Below are positions 36,961 through 49,983 of a stretch of 64,000 nucleotides of DNA, piece after piece. Made by a program: the position numbers and the translations under genes. How positions within the stretch are numbered: position 1 is the first letter of the stretch; each line of letters begins with the position of its first letter. This DNA is from Octopus sinensis (taxonomy: Eukaryota), in assembly GCF_006345805.1 (NCBI RefSeq), contig NC_043011.1, forward strand, positions 19,914,464 to 19,978,463. The letters run 5' to 3'. The notes beneath the pieces are model-generated. The model was not told the DNA's origin. It was given only the letters and a program-made list of their open reading frames with translations, and ran no database searches.

Positions 36961-37028
<68 letters not shown>

Positions 37029-37067
37029 CACCATGATCATCATCATTATTATTATTATTATTATTAT

Positions 37068-37103
<36 letters not shown>

Positions 37104-37106
37104 CAA

Positions 37107-37156
<50 letters not shown>
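36908..37156. repeat. (CTT)n(ATT)n(AGT)n compound microsatellite
   Basis: Directly visible. Confidence 0.95.
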
Positions 37157-37157
37157 A

Positions 37158-37338
37158 GGCGGCGAGTTGGCAGAATCGTTAGCACACTGGGCGCTACGTT
37201 CTCAGTTCAAAGTCCGCCGAGGTCGACTTTGCCTCTCATCGTGTCGGGGTTGATAAATAAGTACCAGTCACGCATTGGAGTCGAGTAATCGACATATTTC
37301 CTCCCACCAAATTTGAGGGATTGTGCTTCCAGTAGAAA
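37158..37338 (+). mobile_element. SINE family B2
   Basis: GGCGGCGAGTTGGCAGAATCGTTAGC...GAGGTCGACTTTGCC; ends in TAA/ATT runs. Confidence 0.8.
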
Positions 37339-37372
37339 TAATAATACTAATAATAATTATTATTATTATTAT

Positions 37373-37968
37373 TCAGTAGTTTTATTTTTATAGCGTGCTT
37401 TCACTTCACTACCGAGCGCAGCTCTGTGTGCCTTGGGTATGTGCTGTGATTTGTTGTGATGCTCTGATGGTTATTGTATGGAAAGTGTTCTGCGTAGGAT
37501 GTGTGCAGTGCCTAGTAGTGCAATTTTCTGTATGTTATATGTGTTTGTAAATCCTGGTGTTTTTGTTGTGTATTTGTCTGAATATTTTTTTATCATGCCT
37601 ATGCACCTACTATGATAGGAATTGTTTCTGTTTTCAGATTCCACATTCTAGTTACCTCTATTTCCAGGTCTTTGTATTTTGAGAGTTTCTCCATTTCTTT
37701 TAGAGACACGTTGTCATCAGCCGGTATTGATACATCAATTAGAAAGCATTTTTTTTCTTCATGGTCTCTGATAACTATATCTGGTCTGTTGGCCTTAATT
37801 TCTCTATCTGTGTGTATCGGCATATCCCAGAGTATGGTTGCTTTCTCGTTTTCTGTGACCTTTTCTGGTGTGTGCCTATGCTATCTTTTTTGTGTTGTTA
37901 TTCCATAATGTTGGCATAGCTTCCAATGTATGTAGGTTCGAACTCTGTCATGTCTGTGAATATATTCC
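37373..37968 (-). mobile_element. R4/Dong-like non-LTR element, 5'-truncated, RLE domain and 3'UTR
   Basis: KEYIHRHDRV...ILWDMPIHTDREIKANRPDIVIRD...CFLIDVSIPADDN..KEMEKLSKY (PD-D/ExK-type RLE), LLGTAHILRR, and a (TAA)n tail. Confidence 0.9.
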
Positions 37969-37983
37969 TTCTTCTTCTTCTTA

Positions 37984-38057
<74 letters not shown>

Positions 38058-38106
38058 GTTGTTATTATTATCATTATTATTGTTGTTGTTATTTTTAGTA
38101 TCATTA

Positions 38107-38138
<32 letters not shown>
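37969..38138. repeat. (TTA)n microsatellite between two R4/Dong copies
   Basis: Directly visible. Confidence 0.95.
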
Positions 38139-38139
38139 A

Positions 38140-38730
38140 GACGTCACACAGTATAAAATATTGTCAGGTTGTGGATTGAAGATAGTGTCTCTACCGGAGG
38201 TTTGTACTATTTGTCAAGTCACAACAACAACCTCAGACAAACAATACTTTACACAATATACGTGCAGTTCCAAGTAATGTCCACTTTTACAATACGTTTA
38301 GATTGTAGGGTATTTCTGAGATTTTCAGATGATTTTTCAGATTGGGCGATATTGTACCCAATGCTCCGATGAAAATAGGGATAACATTTATGTTTGACTC
38401 TCATAGCTGCTACATCTTGACGATCTCAATTCTCTCGTCTTTATCAATCTTTTCTCTCTCTTTCATGATGATGTGTTGATCTCCTGGCATTGTCGTGTCA
38501 ATTATTAGGAAAATTGTGTTTGTCCCTCCTAAAGGTTACTATATATGGCTTTCGGTTCTCTGTCTAAGAGTCAATGTCCCAAAGGATTTTTGCCTTCCCC
38601 TTTTCGTCCATTACCTTTTCCGGTGTATGTTGGTACCGTACCAAGCAGTAGTAACCTCATATCCATACATCCAGCCTAGTAGCCATTGGAGGTTTTGAGC
38701 TACCTTATCTTGTCTACGCTTGTACTCTTT
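38140..38730 (-). pseudogene. second, more decayed R4/Dong-like 3' fragment (different subfamily)
   Basis: KEYKRRQDKVAQNLQW, PEKVMDEKGKAKILWD, GTISPNLKNHL and LLGTARILCKVL; its tail runs into the (TAA)n at 38138. Confidence 0.75.
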
Positions 38731-40149
38731 CCGTCGTCATCGTCGTCATCATCATCACCATCATCATCTCCGTCATCATTATCATTATCTTTGACTCTTA
38801 TAATGCGCTGACATTTTTAATTCAATCTGGGAAACACCACCACTTCAAGTGCTATCACATATTTTTTTTCTTCTTTTGATTGTTAGTAAAAAGAGCTTTT
38901 AAGAGAATGGGGAATCATTTAGTGAACAATCCTTCACTCTTTTTGAGTTAAACCGCCCAAGTTGGGCAAGGGTTAAACTCAAATAGTACACTATGAAACA
39001 TTTTTGCGTTTTAAAGTCAAAGTTTAGAAATGAAACAGTTAACCAAATCACATTTTCTTTCGTATTATCTTTCAGTTTATCGCCCTTATACTTTTCACTA
39101 TTATAACTGTTTCCTATACCATTCTCATCAATCACTAATATTTTTCCGCAATAAACATTTCTATATTGCTAATCAATTGATATATAGTTAAAAGCTCCGA
39201 AGTTGGTGTTTCGAAGTTTGGCTTTAGAACGACTTTTGATAACCGTACAACGAACAAAGGGTGAAACAGGATTGATTTGTAAAACAATTTTCCGTATGGT
39301 TATTTGTTTCGTCGTAAATCAGAAACATATAAAAGCTGATACAGAACAAATATTTGTGATTTGATAATTGGTGGTATATTGATTAGCTTAGAGTAAAGAT
39401 AGCTTATCTAAATGAGAGAAAAAGAAAGATTTCACTCATTGACGAATTATTTATTATATGAAACTATTATTATTACACGGTTCATCTTTCGTAATGTATA
39501 AAATTAGCATTATGTCTGAAACGAATTGTCGGATATAATTATCAGGTTCACACAATTAAAATATGCGCCTTTACTTTTGTTTGTAGATGCCTATAAGCGT
39601 TCGATTTTCCAGCGAAATCTCTCTTACTCAAATTGCATCCTAAGGTCTTAGAAACGCGCGACGCATTAGATGTCGTGATCCTGGATTATTAGGAAAAGGA
39701 CGGTAATATCTTTGATCGTAAATCTCTTTTATCAAACGTGACTTGATGTTAAGCATTAGTAATGTCTATTGTATCATAAATCACTGTTAAGTACAGTTCA
39801 CAATCATAGTCTATGGCCGTCTAAAGGCTTATCAAATATATGGGTTGAGCTTTTTTTAAGAGAATGAATCATTTCTCGGAAACTGTATTGCTGTAAAGGA
39901 ATCTGGCGCTTCGCCGGTTTAATAATAATAATTGCTTAAAATCAGTATTTATAAAGGGAAGGAGTTATTTATTTACATCGAATCGAGTTCTCACCTGGTA
40001 CATATTTTAGTGAAACCAAAATGATGAAAGAGTATGCTTGTCTCGACGAGATTTGAACACAGAAAGTAAAGAGTGAGAAGAATTACCGGTAACTATTTTC
40101 TCTGGTTCAAACATTTTCAAGATCAACGACTTAGTTTTGTTCACCACTG

Positions 40150-41420
40150 CCCACGTCAATATCCACTCCACAAGTTTGCAAATTCGGTATCTGTAAACAT
40201 CACCCTTTCCTATCCGCTAGCCGCACCCAATCCACACATGCATCCAAAATGACCTTCCAATCCCCCATTAACACTAAAGAACGAGACGTCCCTGTAAAAG
40301 CCTCCTGGCGTCTGAAGAAATCCGTCTGCCTGCTCCAGTCGGTGCGTACACTGCGACCAGTCTAAAAGCACTGCCTTCGTTATCGTTCACATCCAGGACC
40401 GCCGACTTACCTTCCGGGTCCCGTAAGACCGACCATATCTCGAGATCCAGGTCTTTTCTGAACGACACTGCCACTCCACACCCCGTTCCTGGTCGACTAA
40501 GTGATGCGAAAATATCAAAGTGATCGGAAATTGGAGCCATGGTCCGTGTCCGCGATCCTGGTCTCACTGATGGCTATTACATCCAGACTTAGCCACCTGA
40601 GATCGTTGTGCAAGCGTCCTTGCTTCCACGACTACCCTTGGCCACTTACGTTTATACAACCTACTTTAAGAACTGCCACGCTGGCCAAGAAGAAAGCAAA
40701 GGAAAAGGGAGTCACTTACCCTCCTGGTACTGTTTGTGGTCAAGTGGTTCTCCCACGCTATCTATTTTGTTGGGCACCACTGGAACCACCTTCAAAGCCA
40801 ACTGCTGGGCGTTACACTGGGAGATCCAATGTCATACCAATTGTGGCTTTGTTGTCACTTTGCACCTTCACCACCTGGGCCAATCGAACGACTTTTATTC
40901 TTTCTTCTCTTAGCGCACGTATCCTCGCTCTGTCAAAGTAACCTTCGTGTATGGCTTTGAAGAATTGATGAAGAACCAATTTGTGGCCATAATGTTGGTC
41001 GTTATGCTTTATCTAAGTATTTCTCAAAATATTCTTTACTTCATCTCCGTCTATTCTAGAGTCCTCTAACGCGATGATCGTGTAAATCTCTAATGTCATT
41101 CCCAACAACATTAGGCTCTCCGGTACTCTCCTCAGTTTTAATGTTCTCATTTTGTGCTCTGAAAGCCATCAGCTTTTCTTTGGCACTCCTCACTAGAACG
41201 AATTTTCCCTGTCGCGCGAATGGTAGTTATTGTAGTGACCATTTTTCTTTGGAAAATGTGTTGTGGTTTTGATTCTGTTGTTGGTGTGGGTGTGATGGTG
41301 TTGGTGATTGCAGTGATTGTAGTGTTGGTGCTGTCATCAGTGTATCTGTGTTTGCCGTTTCTTGGATTTCTCCCAACTGGACAGACAAGCAAACATCTCA
41401 AGAAAACTTTAAAATTTTAT
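40150..41420 (-). pseudogene. Tx1/L1-like LINE 5' part (Thr-rich ORF1-like region and AP endonuclease)
   Basis: LKVGCINVSG...LDVIAISETR, GCGVAVSFRK, FRLVAVYAP and LVLMGDW are L1/Tx1 EN motifs in order, frameshifted. Confidence 0.8.
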
Positions 41421-41520
41421 TAAATTTTGTATGAAACCTATCCCTGACTACTCAAATGTGTAAACACACCTTTATTGCAACAACACAATTGAATTCAGAA
41501 ATTAAAAAAATTCATCGACG

Positions 41521-41620
<100 letters not shown>

Positions 41621-42149
41621 TATTATTATTTTCTACCAGTAATTACAAATAGAACACGTTGAATTGCTTCTTTTCAAGGATAAGGGCAGCGCTATCAGTG
41701 GTCGCTGGTAGTAGTAAACACATTTGACCTCTGCTAACCCCAAAGGTGCGAAGATTCTTTTGTCTCTATGGCTGACCTGCCCACCATCTGCCGAATCTAT
41801 TTATAGACCTGTAGAATTTGATTTATTCACCAAGCTGGTACACTACCCACAAATATTTCCTCCAACAACCACATATTTATGATTATCCCAATTTCAAGAC
41901 AAAAGTTGAAAATAAAGAACATTTAAGAAAATCTTTTAATAATAAACGAAAATAGTAAAAATGATAATAACAGTGGTAGTGGTGGTGATGGTGATAATGA
42001 TAAAACTGATGATAATATGCTGCTTCTGCTAATACTAAAACTACTACTATTCTCATAGTACAGGAATCTGAGGCCCAACTACAACTACCTCCACCCCTAC
42101 TACTGTTGCTGTTGCTGCTACTACACATAGATACAGAAATAAAGGCAGT

Positions 42150-42347
42150 AATTGACAAATACATAACAAAAACACCAGGACTTACAAGTACATATAACAT
42201 ACAGAAAATTGCACTACTAGGCACTGAACATCCTTGCAAAACACTTTCAATACAGTAACCATAAGAGCAAATCACAGCACATATCCAAGGCACACAGAGC
42301 AGCGCTCGGTAGTGAAGTGAAAGCACGCTATAAAAATAAAACTACTG

Positions 42348-42397
<50 letters not shown>
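42150..42397 (+). mobile_element. R4/Dong-like 3' end with (TAA)n tail
   Basis: Same sequence as the reverse complement of 37373-37570 (CAGAAAATTGCACTACTAGGCACTG...GAAAGCACGCTATAAAAATAAAACTACTG); (TAA)n at about 42351-42397. Confidence 0.9.
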
Positions 42398-42399
<2 letters not shown>

Positions 42400-42570
42400 G
42401 TTTCCAATTTTGCCACAAAGGCAGGAACTTTGGAGCAGTGACTGAGTCGATTACATCGACCCCATGGTTCAACTGATGCTTATTTTATCAAACCCGAAAG
42501 AACGTAGCGAACTACTGCTAAGCATTCCTTCCGACCGACGCAATAACGATTCTGCTAGCTCACCGCCTTG
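42398..42570 (-). mobile_element. SINE family B2, internally deleted
   Basis: Reverse complement of GGCGGTGAGCTAGCAGAATCGTTA...GCCTTTGTGGCAAAATTGGAAACC. Confidence 0.7.
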
Positions 42571-42589
42571 GTCAGTTATACCGTGAAGC

Positions 42590-42770
42590 TAACAGCTTAA
42601 AAGAACAGGAAGCATCATGGAAGTGGCTCAGCAAAGGTGACCTAAAAAAGAATACTGAAATCCTAATCATCTCTGCCCAGGATCAAGCATTGTATACCAA
42701 CTCAGTGAAAAGGTATATATACCACACACGTGTAGCGAACCTCTGCAGAATGTGTGGGAAAAGTGTCTTA
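42590..42770 (+). pseudogene. R4-type ORF fragment upstream of the zinc knuckle
   Basis: SWKWLSKGDLKKNTEILIISAQDQALYTNSVK...CRMCGK. Confidence 0.8.
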
Positions 42771-42774
42771 TTCC

Positions 42775-43040
42775 GGGTAGGAATTATGTGGATATCGAGT
42801 TACTACCTGTAAACTTAGGCTTTCACAAGTTTTCAGCAGTCTTTCAAGTGCTTAGAACCCTCCTGATAATACTTACTATCCCTAAAAGACAAACTTTCTA
42901 TTGGAGCCCTAACGGATATTTTATTTCAGTCTCCTTCAGACATTTTTCTGTATCTTTGCTTACTGTTCGCAATGCGCCATTTATTATAGGCACGACCTTT
43001 ACTATTCGCATGCACCAATTTCTTCCGATTATTACATCTG
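42775..43040 (-). pseudogene. R4-type ORF C-terminus and 3'UTR
   Basis: IIGRNWCMRIVKVVPIINGALRTVSK...KVCLLGIVSIIRRVL. Confidence 0.7.
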
Positions 43041-43410
43041 CCTTAGCAAAGGAGGAGGTATTGTCTCTGGTCGTATTTGTTTGTTTGTTTGTTGTTTTTC
43101 CGTGGATGAGATATCTCAAGAACTGCTAAATGGATTCAGATGAAACTTTCATGAACGTTTGGCCTCGTGTCTGGCACGAAGTTGTTAGATTTGGGAATCG
43201 ATCTTCTACCGGACAAGGATTCTGGATTAGTTTTTCCGGATATTTTTACATAAGTTTTGAGAGCGGTCAGCTGCATTTTTAGTATTCTTGTTTGTGAGAG
43301 CAGTCGAGTTTATTTCAGATATTCTCATTTTAAAAATCATCTCCGGTTAATCGTTGAGAGGACATTGGTGTTGCCTTGGCGGAAGTTTTCACTCTCTGAG
43401 TGCTCTTGTT
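43031..43410 (+). mobile_element. non-autonomous Helentron-associated (HINE/DINE-1-like) element
   Basis: 5' ATTACATCTGCC...GGAGGTATTG, (GTTT)n, and 3' CCTTGGCGGAAG...CTCTCTGAGTGCTCTTGTT resemble HINE-type termini. Pattern recall only. Confidence 0.5.
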
Positions 43411-43439
43411 ATCATTGTTATTATGCGGTATTTCGTCTG

Positions 43440-44265
43440 TCTTCAAGTTTTGAGTTCAAATTCCTCCAACGTCGACTTTGCCGTTTATCCTTTCGGGGTC
43501 GATAAAATAAATACCAGTTGAACACTAGTGTTGAAGTAATCGACTCATTCCCTCCCCCAGAATCGTTAGCATACTGGACTAAATGCTTATCAGTTTTTCG
43601 CCTGTCACTACCTTCTGAGTTTAAATTCCGCCGGGGTCGACTTTGCCTTTTATCTTTTCATGGTCGACAAATTTAGTACCAATGAAATACTGGGGTGGTA
43701 TTCGAATTATCCCATCCCCAAAATGGCTGCCCTTGTTGCAAACTTTGAACCATTATTATAATTAAGGCGGTCAGCTGGCAGGATCGTTAGCACACCGGAC
43801 GAAATGCTTGACAGTATTTCGTTTGGATCTACGTCCTGAGTTCAAATTCCGCCGAGGTCATCTACGCCTTTCATCTTTTCGTGGTCAGTAATTTAAGTGG
43901 GATTGATGCAATCCACTCGCCCCGCCCCCCAACAAAAAAATTCAGGCCTTGCGCCTTTAGTAGAAAACTTTATTATTATTAATAAGGCAATGAGCTGGCA
44001 GAATTGCTAGCAGCTGGGCGTAATGATTAGCAGTATTTCATGCATCTTTGCATTCTGAGTTCAAACTCCGCGGCGGTTGTCTTTGGCTTTCATCCTTTCG
44101 AAGTCGATAAATTCAGTACCAGTAAAACATTGATGTCTATGTAATCGATTAGGAGGTAAATCGATTCCCACTGACCCCAGTACGTAATTTATCGACCCCG
44201 AGAGAATTTGAACTCAGAACGTAACGGCAGACGAAATACCCTAAGCATTTCGCTCGGTGTGTTAA
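43440..44265. mobile_element. cluster of about five SINE B/B2 copies and fragments (four +, one -)
   Basis: Repeated GAGTTCAAATTCC...GTCGACTTTGCC...TCGATAAA blocks, some separated by short ATT runs. Confidence 0.8.
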
Positions 44266-46441
44266 CGATTTTTCCAGCTCGACGAATTCCGAATAATCGT
44301 ATTAATAAAGACTATTTGTTAGGTTATTATTATATTTTATTTATTATTTATTTATTTATTGCGATATTTATCCAATTTACATTTTTATAGAATATACTAT
44401 GAATGTAGAAACAATAATGACAATATTATATTGATAAAGGAAAAACAAACTCCAATAGGTTGTGATATAATATAGGGATGCAGTAAAAATACCCTGTAGT
44501 CTACCTTTTTTTTATTAGATATGACTGTATGAACCATCTTTAATACCTGTTTCAAATAGGAAGCCCACGTGACGATAAACATAGAGAAACCGTGTTCGAT
44601 ATGATTTGTTTTTTTTTTCAGGAGTACAATTGAAGATTACTTACGTTGCTTTCAATGCAGGTTTGCACATAGTGAAAATACTATTTCTTTGATGCTGAAA
44701 TCAGAAAAATATGACCTTAATCAATACTTATTTTTATTCATATCGATTCGGCAAAATTTCAAACCATAGACGCAAACTTTGAATGGACCCCAGTATCTTT
44801 AAGTTATTCGACAACAATATCATTTTTGATTATGAAAACAGTTGTAGCAACAAATGCAAATTTTGAAATCAGAGAGAAGAAAGACTAGACTAAATGTTGA
44901 AAAGAATTTAATCCGCTTCTTTAGCTTCAGTTGTTTACATAAATCATTGTTATGTTCTTTTGAGAAGTGGTAGGATTCCCGCAGCAATACCGCAATAATT
45001 TATACGTAGTTTTTAAGCCCAGCAGAATTCACAATCGCACACAATGCCTATTTAACTATCATACTCCTGCTTCTATTTTATTTATCTTTATTTTTGTTTT
45101 CAGCAGCAGTATTTGTTGATTGGCCTATAAATATTCTCTATCTTTTCCAAGAAAAAGAAAAATTACTTCAGCAGACATATCATTTCCCATGTGTTATTTC
45201 CTAAATGTAGTTTTAGAATTGAAAATAAGAAAAGGAAAAAGGCTTGATTTGTTTGCAGCAAATAGCAAGAAATTATAGAAAAGAAAATCATTCTTATTTA
45301 TTTTCAAAATATTATTTTCATCAATCATGTTTTATATTCTTCAAAAGTCAGAATTTTCTAAAATAAAAACAAATTGAGGTAAACATTGAAGATATCCAAG
45401 AAACTTTTCGTATGAGTGAAATAAAAGTTTACAACATTATGACAACGTAACATGAAAAATAAAATTAGCATGGGATTATATATTAAATGTTTCTAACTTT
45501 GGAAACATCCTATAATTTCAGCGATGTACGTAGTCAATCGAATGGACGCCACTACTAGGATGGTGGGTATAATTTTTATCGATTCAGCGAGTGTGAAAGG
45601 CAAATTGGATAACATGCTATATACTTTATCATTGGTTCTATCGTTCTAGGTCCAACGTATTTTTGCGAAATGCTGTAGCCGAGTGTGTAGGATGTATGTA
45701 CACATCTTATGATCATGGGTTCGATTTGCAGATCGGACGAAACATAGTTATGTTCAATACCTTACCTCATTTCATATATTTTTATCCTGTCAACAAATTA
45801 AAGCTAACACTGGCTATGAGGATTAACTTTGCGATATACTAGTGACCACTTAGGGAAAATTTTCGAAGATACCAACCGCCTCGTATTCTATTTCTTCTAA
45901 AGGAAGGCTATCACAACAGCACGATTTGCCCCACTGGCAAGCCTTTCAACCGCAGAATATCTGGGGTTTGAACACATGAGGGATTGTTTGATAATATCTA
46001 TAAGCTTAGTTAGTCGCGGTTACTTTAGTGAAGATGATGCCGAGGACCCTCTAAGAATAGTGGGTGAGGAAAATTGATTGGATTGATGATCTGAGCAAAT
46101 AAAATATATTTATATTTGTTAACACCCCTTTGAAAGACTTGAAAGTCAGAATGAATTATTCCTGTTCTAAAGTATTCCACTACTTATTCCTTTAAACAGA
46201 TTAATCAGAACATGTCCAAATTATTTAGTATAAATCACAGATACAGTCTAGATCTGCTGTTTACAATAATGTACACGTTTGTGATATTTAAAGAACCATA
46301 CAGTAACATTTACTGGGGATTATACCGTGTGAATTTAACTGGTTTCGGCCTACGATACGTAAATATTCAATCAACAGAGATGTAAAGTGAATGTGACGGT
46401 GTGTCATGAATGAAACTAAACATCATATAATATATTTGTTT

Positions 46442-46620
46442 CAAATTTTGACACAAGTCCAGCAATTTGGGGGGAGAGGCTAAGTCGATTACATCGATCC
46501 CAATGCTCAACTGGTACTTAATTTATTGACCTCGAAAGAGTGAAGGTCAAAGTCGACCACGGCGGAATTTGAACTAAAAGCATGAAGACGGACGAAATGC
46601 CGATAAGCATTTTTCCTGGG
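46442..46620 (-). mobile_element. SINE family B2, 5'-damaged
   Basis: Reverse complement of the family B central block and B2 tail. Confidence 0.75.
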
Positions 46621-48193
46621 TTACCGCATTTAACAAAATATAATACATGAACTGGCATATTCGTATTCCTTCGCCAACATTCTTGCATTAATGACTTTTC
46701 CACATCTTGCCGATTTCAGCAGGATTCTTTTCTGAGCTTTATTGTGGGACGTGTTTCTACCTTAGCTCGGATGATAATTGTAAGGATGAACGCAAATGCG
46801 AGGTCTAATCAATAAGTATTCGGACTGTTGCCATAACAGCGAAGCATAAGCACGCAGAATGAAACCGCTCTTTGAGCAGAAATTGACCATGAACTCTGCT
46901 GTGCATTCGCACTAAGTTTCAACGTTGTAGCTCGCTAAATTTCTGGAGCAAGTGCTGAATAGGGAAATGTAGAGGTCTGCCCCTATTACTGTCTTAATCG
47001 TTATTAATGTCTGAGTTCAAATCCCACCAGAGTTGACTTGTTTTTTCTTACTCCTAGACCATATGATACGAGACATATTAGTATAGATTCGATTTATCGT
47101 TTGTGAAAGTCATGTGTGGATGGATTGCTAGTAAAATATACTAAGAGAAAATTCAAATATATGAGAGTATTTGCTTTTGTTTATATGTTCAAAGAAGGCA
47201 AATTTGCGCTTCAATTTAACTTCTATATACTTTCGATACCCACTAATCACACACTGCATTAAATTAAACTGACATCACTATATTCCATATGTCATTAACG
47301 TTTGAATATTGACAAAACACAATGTTAATCAACAGGGATTCGGAATTAATGAAAATGTTTTACAATTCCATTTTTATCTTCCAGCTCACACATGATACCC
47401 AATTATTTTGATTTAGATTTAATCAACATACATTTCTCATACACGTTTTGGTATTGTCACAAAGCTAGAAATCCTAACGTTGATGCATGCATAATCGTAT
47501 TGTTTCTCTTTTTTCTTTTGCTAATTTTCCTCTTAAACTGTTGCATTAAAAGATATCCCAATAAGAAATAGTGGTATATTTCAAAATTAGAGTATCCTTA
47601 TTGCTCTATACAGAATCTATTTATTGATAAGTATATGGAACAAGTGAGAGTTGGGTTTCTTTACCATATACAAAGTACCACGGTAGGAAGGATCGGAACT
47701 AAGAAAAATACCTCGTAAGGGCAGCTGCTGTGAACATGTTTTTTTTAGATCTCCCCCAACGAGGATTCTTAAATATAGTTCTAGATTTCTAAGTTAATTG
47801 CCCTTTTTATACACATTTTAGATGTAATTTCAAACCGAGAGCGAAGATAACGAAACCTTTATGTTGTTCAACTGTAAACAACAACATTCAATTTTCTGTT
47901 ACGGGATTCGGACGCGTTGGATAAAGCAATAATAACAACGGTTTTGAAGTAGCTTGAATACTTTTTATCATAAGCGTACTCAATCAGACATGACCTTTTT
48001 TGAGCATCTTAAGTTTCCTGGAGTTATAAAAAGTTAAGATAATTCTAGCATACCAATATGATACTTTTTTAATATCTTTCAAGAGTTTCTTTATATTTTG
48101 GTAATGAAAGCTTTTTTTGTGATGTCTTCCTGCCGGAGGAGAATAACGAATGTCATTCATTTAGGAATCGGTCGTAAACATATAAAAAAATTA

Positions 48194-49147
48194 GGATCTA
48201 TTCAATTTCAATCACAGATTTTTTTTTGATTTTTTGTTATTTTCAACTAAACAGTTTAAAACTTAGAATACTGATAGAATTTCTCACGTAGAACACGGTT
48301 TACTCTGAACGTTTTTGTCAAAATTTCATATTTTAGAAGTTATTTCGTGTTAAAGTTGTCGTATTAGGGTAATTGCAATCAATCAGTGACGAGTATTCGG
48401 TTGAAGAAAGCTACTACTGTTTGCGAAAGTAAAAAAACATCAGGGTCATCTCTACTAAATGTCACCACACTGTTCGAAGAATCAACACCATAGAGCAACG
48501 GGTCCGCAGCTAGCTTTTTTGCTGTTGACATATATGTAGTTTTAAAATCCCTTATTTTACAGCTATGTGATGTATTGTTATTGTCATGATTTTATCTTAC
48601 TGTAATCAACAACAAACGCATTTCGTCTTTATAAAAATCTTTATTAGATAAAAATAACATTATCAAAACATGAAGGTAAGACAAAACGAATAGCGGCCGG
48701 CTTATACACCGGAAAATACGGTAATTGTAGTGGCAGTGACAAGGTCGCTCGCTGGTTGCTAATTGATAGTGTAGAAGGGAGGGAAAGAGTAAGGAATGCA
48801 CGGTGCTGACTTGAAAGGAAGTAAAGATAAAGGTGACATCGTCTTTGCTCGCTGTGCGAATAGAACAGTATGGTGACATTTAGTAGAGATGACCCAAATG
48901 TTGTTCCTCTTCGATTACTATCACAAACAGCTATAGATTTCTTCAACCGAATACACGTCGTTGATTGGTTGAAGTTACTCAAAAACGACAACTTTAACAC
49001 GAAATAACTTCTAAAATACGGAGTTTTGTCAAAAGCGTTCAGAGTAAACCGTATTCTATGTGAGAAATTCTACCAGTATTCGAATTTTGAAACTGTTGAA
49101 TTAAAAAAAATTAATTAAAAAATCTGTGATTGAGATGGAATAGATCC
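48194..49147. mobile_element. foldback/MITE-like element with ~280-bp terminal inverted repeats
   Basis: 48194-48476 is the reverse complement of 48864-49147 (e.g. ATTTTAGAAGTTATTTCGTGTTAAAGTTGTCG / CGACAACTTTAACACGAAATAACTTCTAAAAT). Confidence 0.85.
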
Positions 49148-49750
49148 GAAAATTATCTAATTTTGATAATAGTTATACCAGAAGGCTTTTGTAGCATATC
49201 ATACGAGAAGTACATGATTAAATATAACGTTTAAATTCCTAAGTTTCCGAATTTTTTAAAGGGTGCTCACTACTTTAAACCCAAACACTTAGTCCATTGA
49301 AATATGATGAGATTAACTTATAGGAAGAAGAATTGATTTATTATTTAGTGTGGTGTCTCGATTTTGACAGATAGGTAGTGATAGCAGAATATATAATAAC
49401 TATTGTAGTTTAATATATTAGTCAACTGAAAACAAACAATATAACAGTTCTTATAAAGTATAAACTATCAGGTTATAAATATAGACACAACTGTATACTT
49501 ATATTCTCATGCAATGTCAAGAGAAAAGGTCATACAATCGCTGTGTGAAAGAGTTCAGGCTCGTTATTAAATTATTGAGAACATCTATTTTGTAACGATT
49601 AATGAGATGGCATGAAGATTCGAAATCACCACACATAAAGTTGGAATTGTTATATAGCATTTAGAGACATGTTTGAATTTCTTTCCCTTTCTTAATCGTT
49701 CTATAGGTTTTAAAAACAAAAAATTTGCTAGCCTATATTTGCTTGTTTTA

Positions 49751-49983
49751 AGGCGGCGGGCTGGCAGAAACGTTAGCGTGCCGGGCGAAATACTTAGCGA
49801 CATTTCGTCTGTCGTTACGTTCTGAGTTCAAATTCCGCCGAGGTCGACTTTGCGTTTCATCCTCTCGGGGTCGATAAATCAAGTACCAGTTACGCACTAG
49901 GGTCGATGTAATCGACTTAATCCGTTTTGTCTGTCCTTGTTTGTCCCCTCTGTGTTTAGCCCCTTGTGGGTAATAAAGAAACA
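49751..49983 (+). mobile_element. SINE family B, full length with 16-bp TSD
   Basis: TATATTTGCTTGTTTT at 49734-49749 and 49984-49999. Confidence 0.92.
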
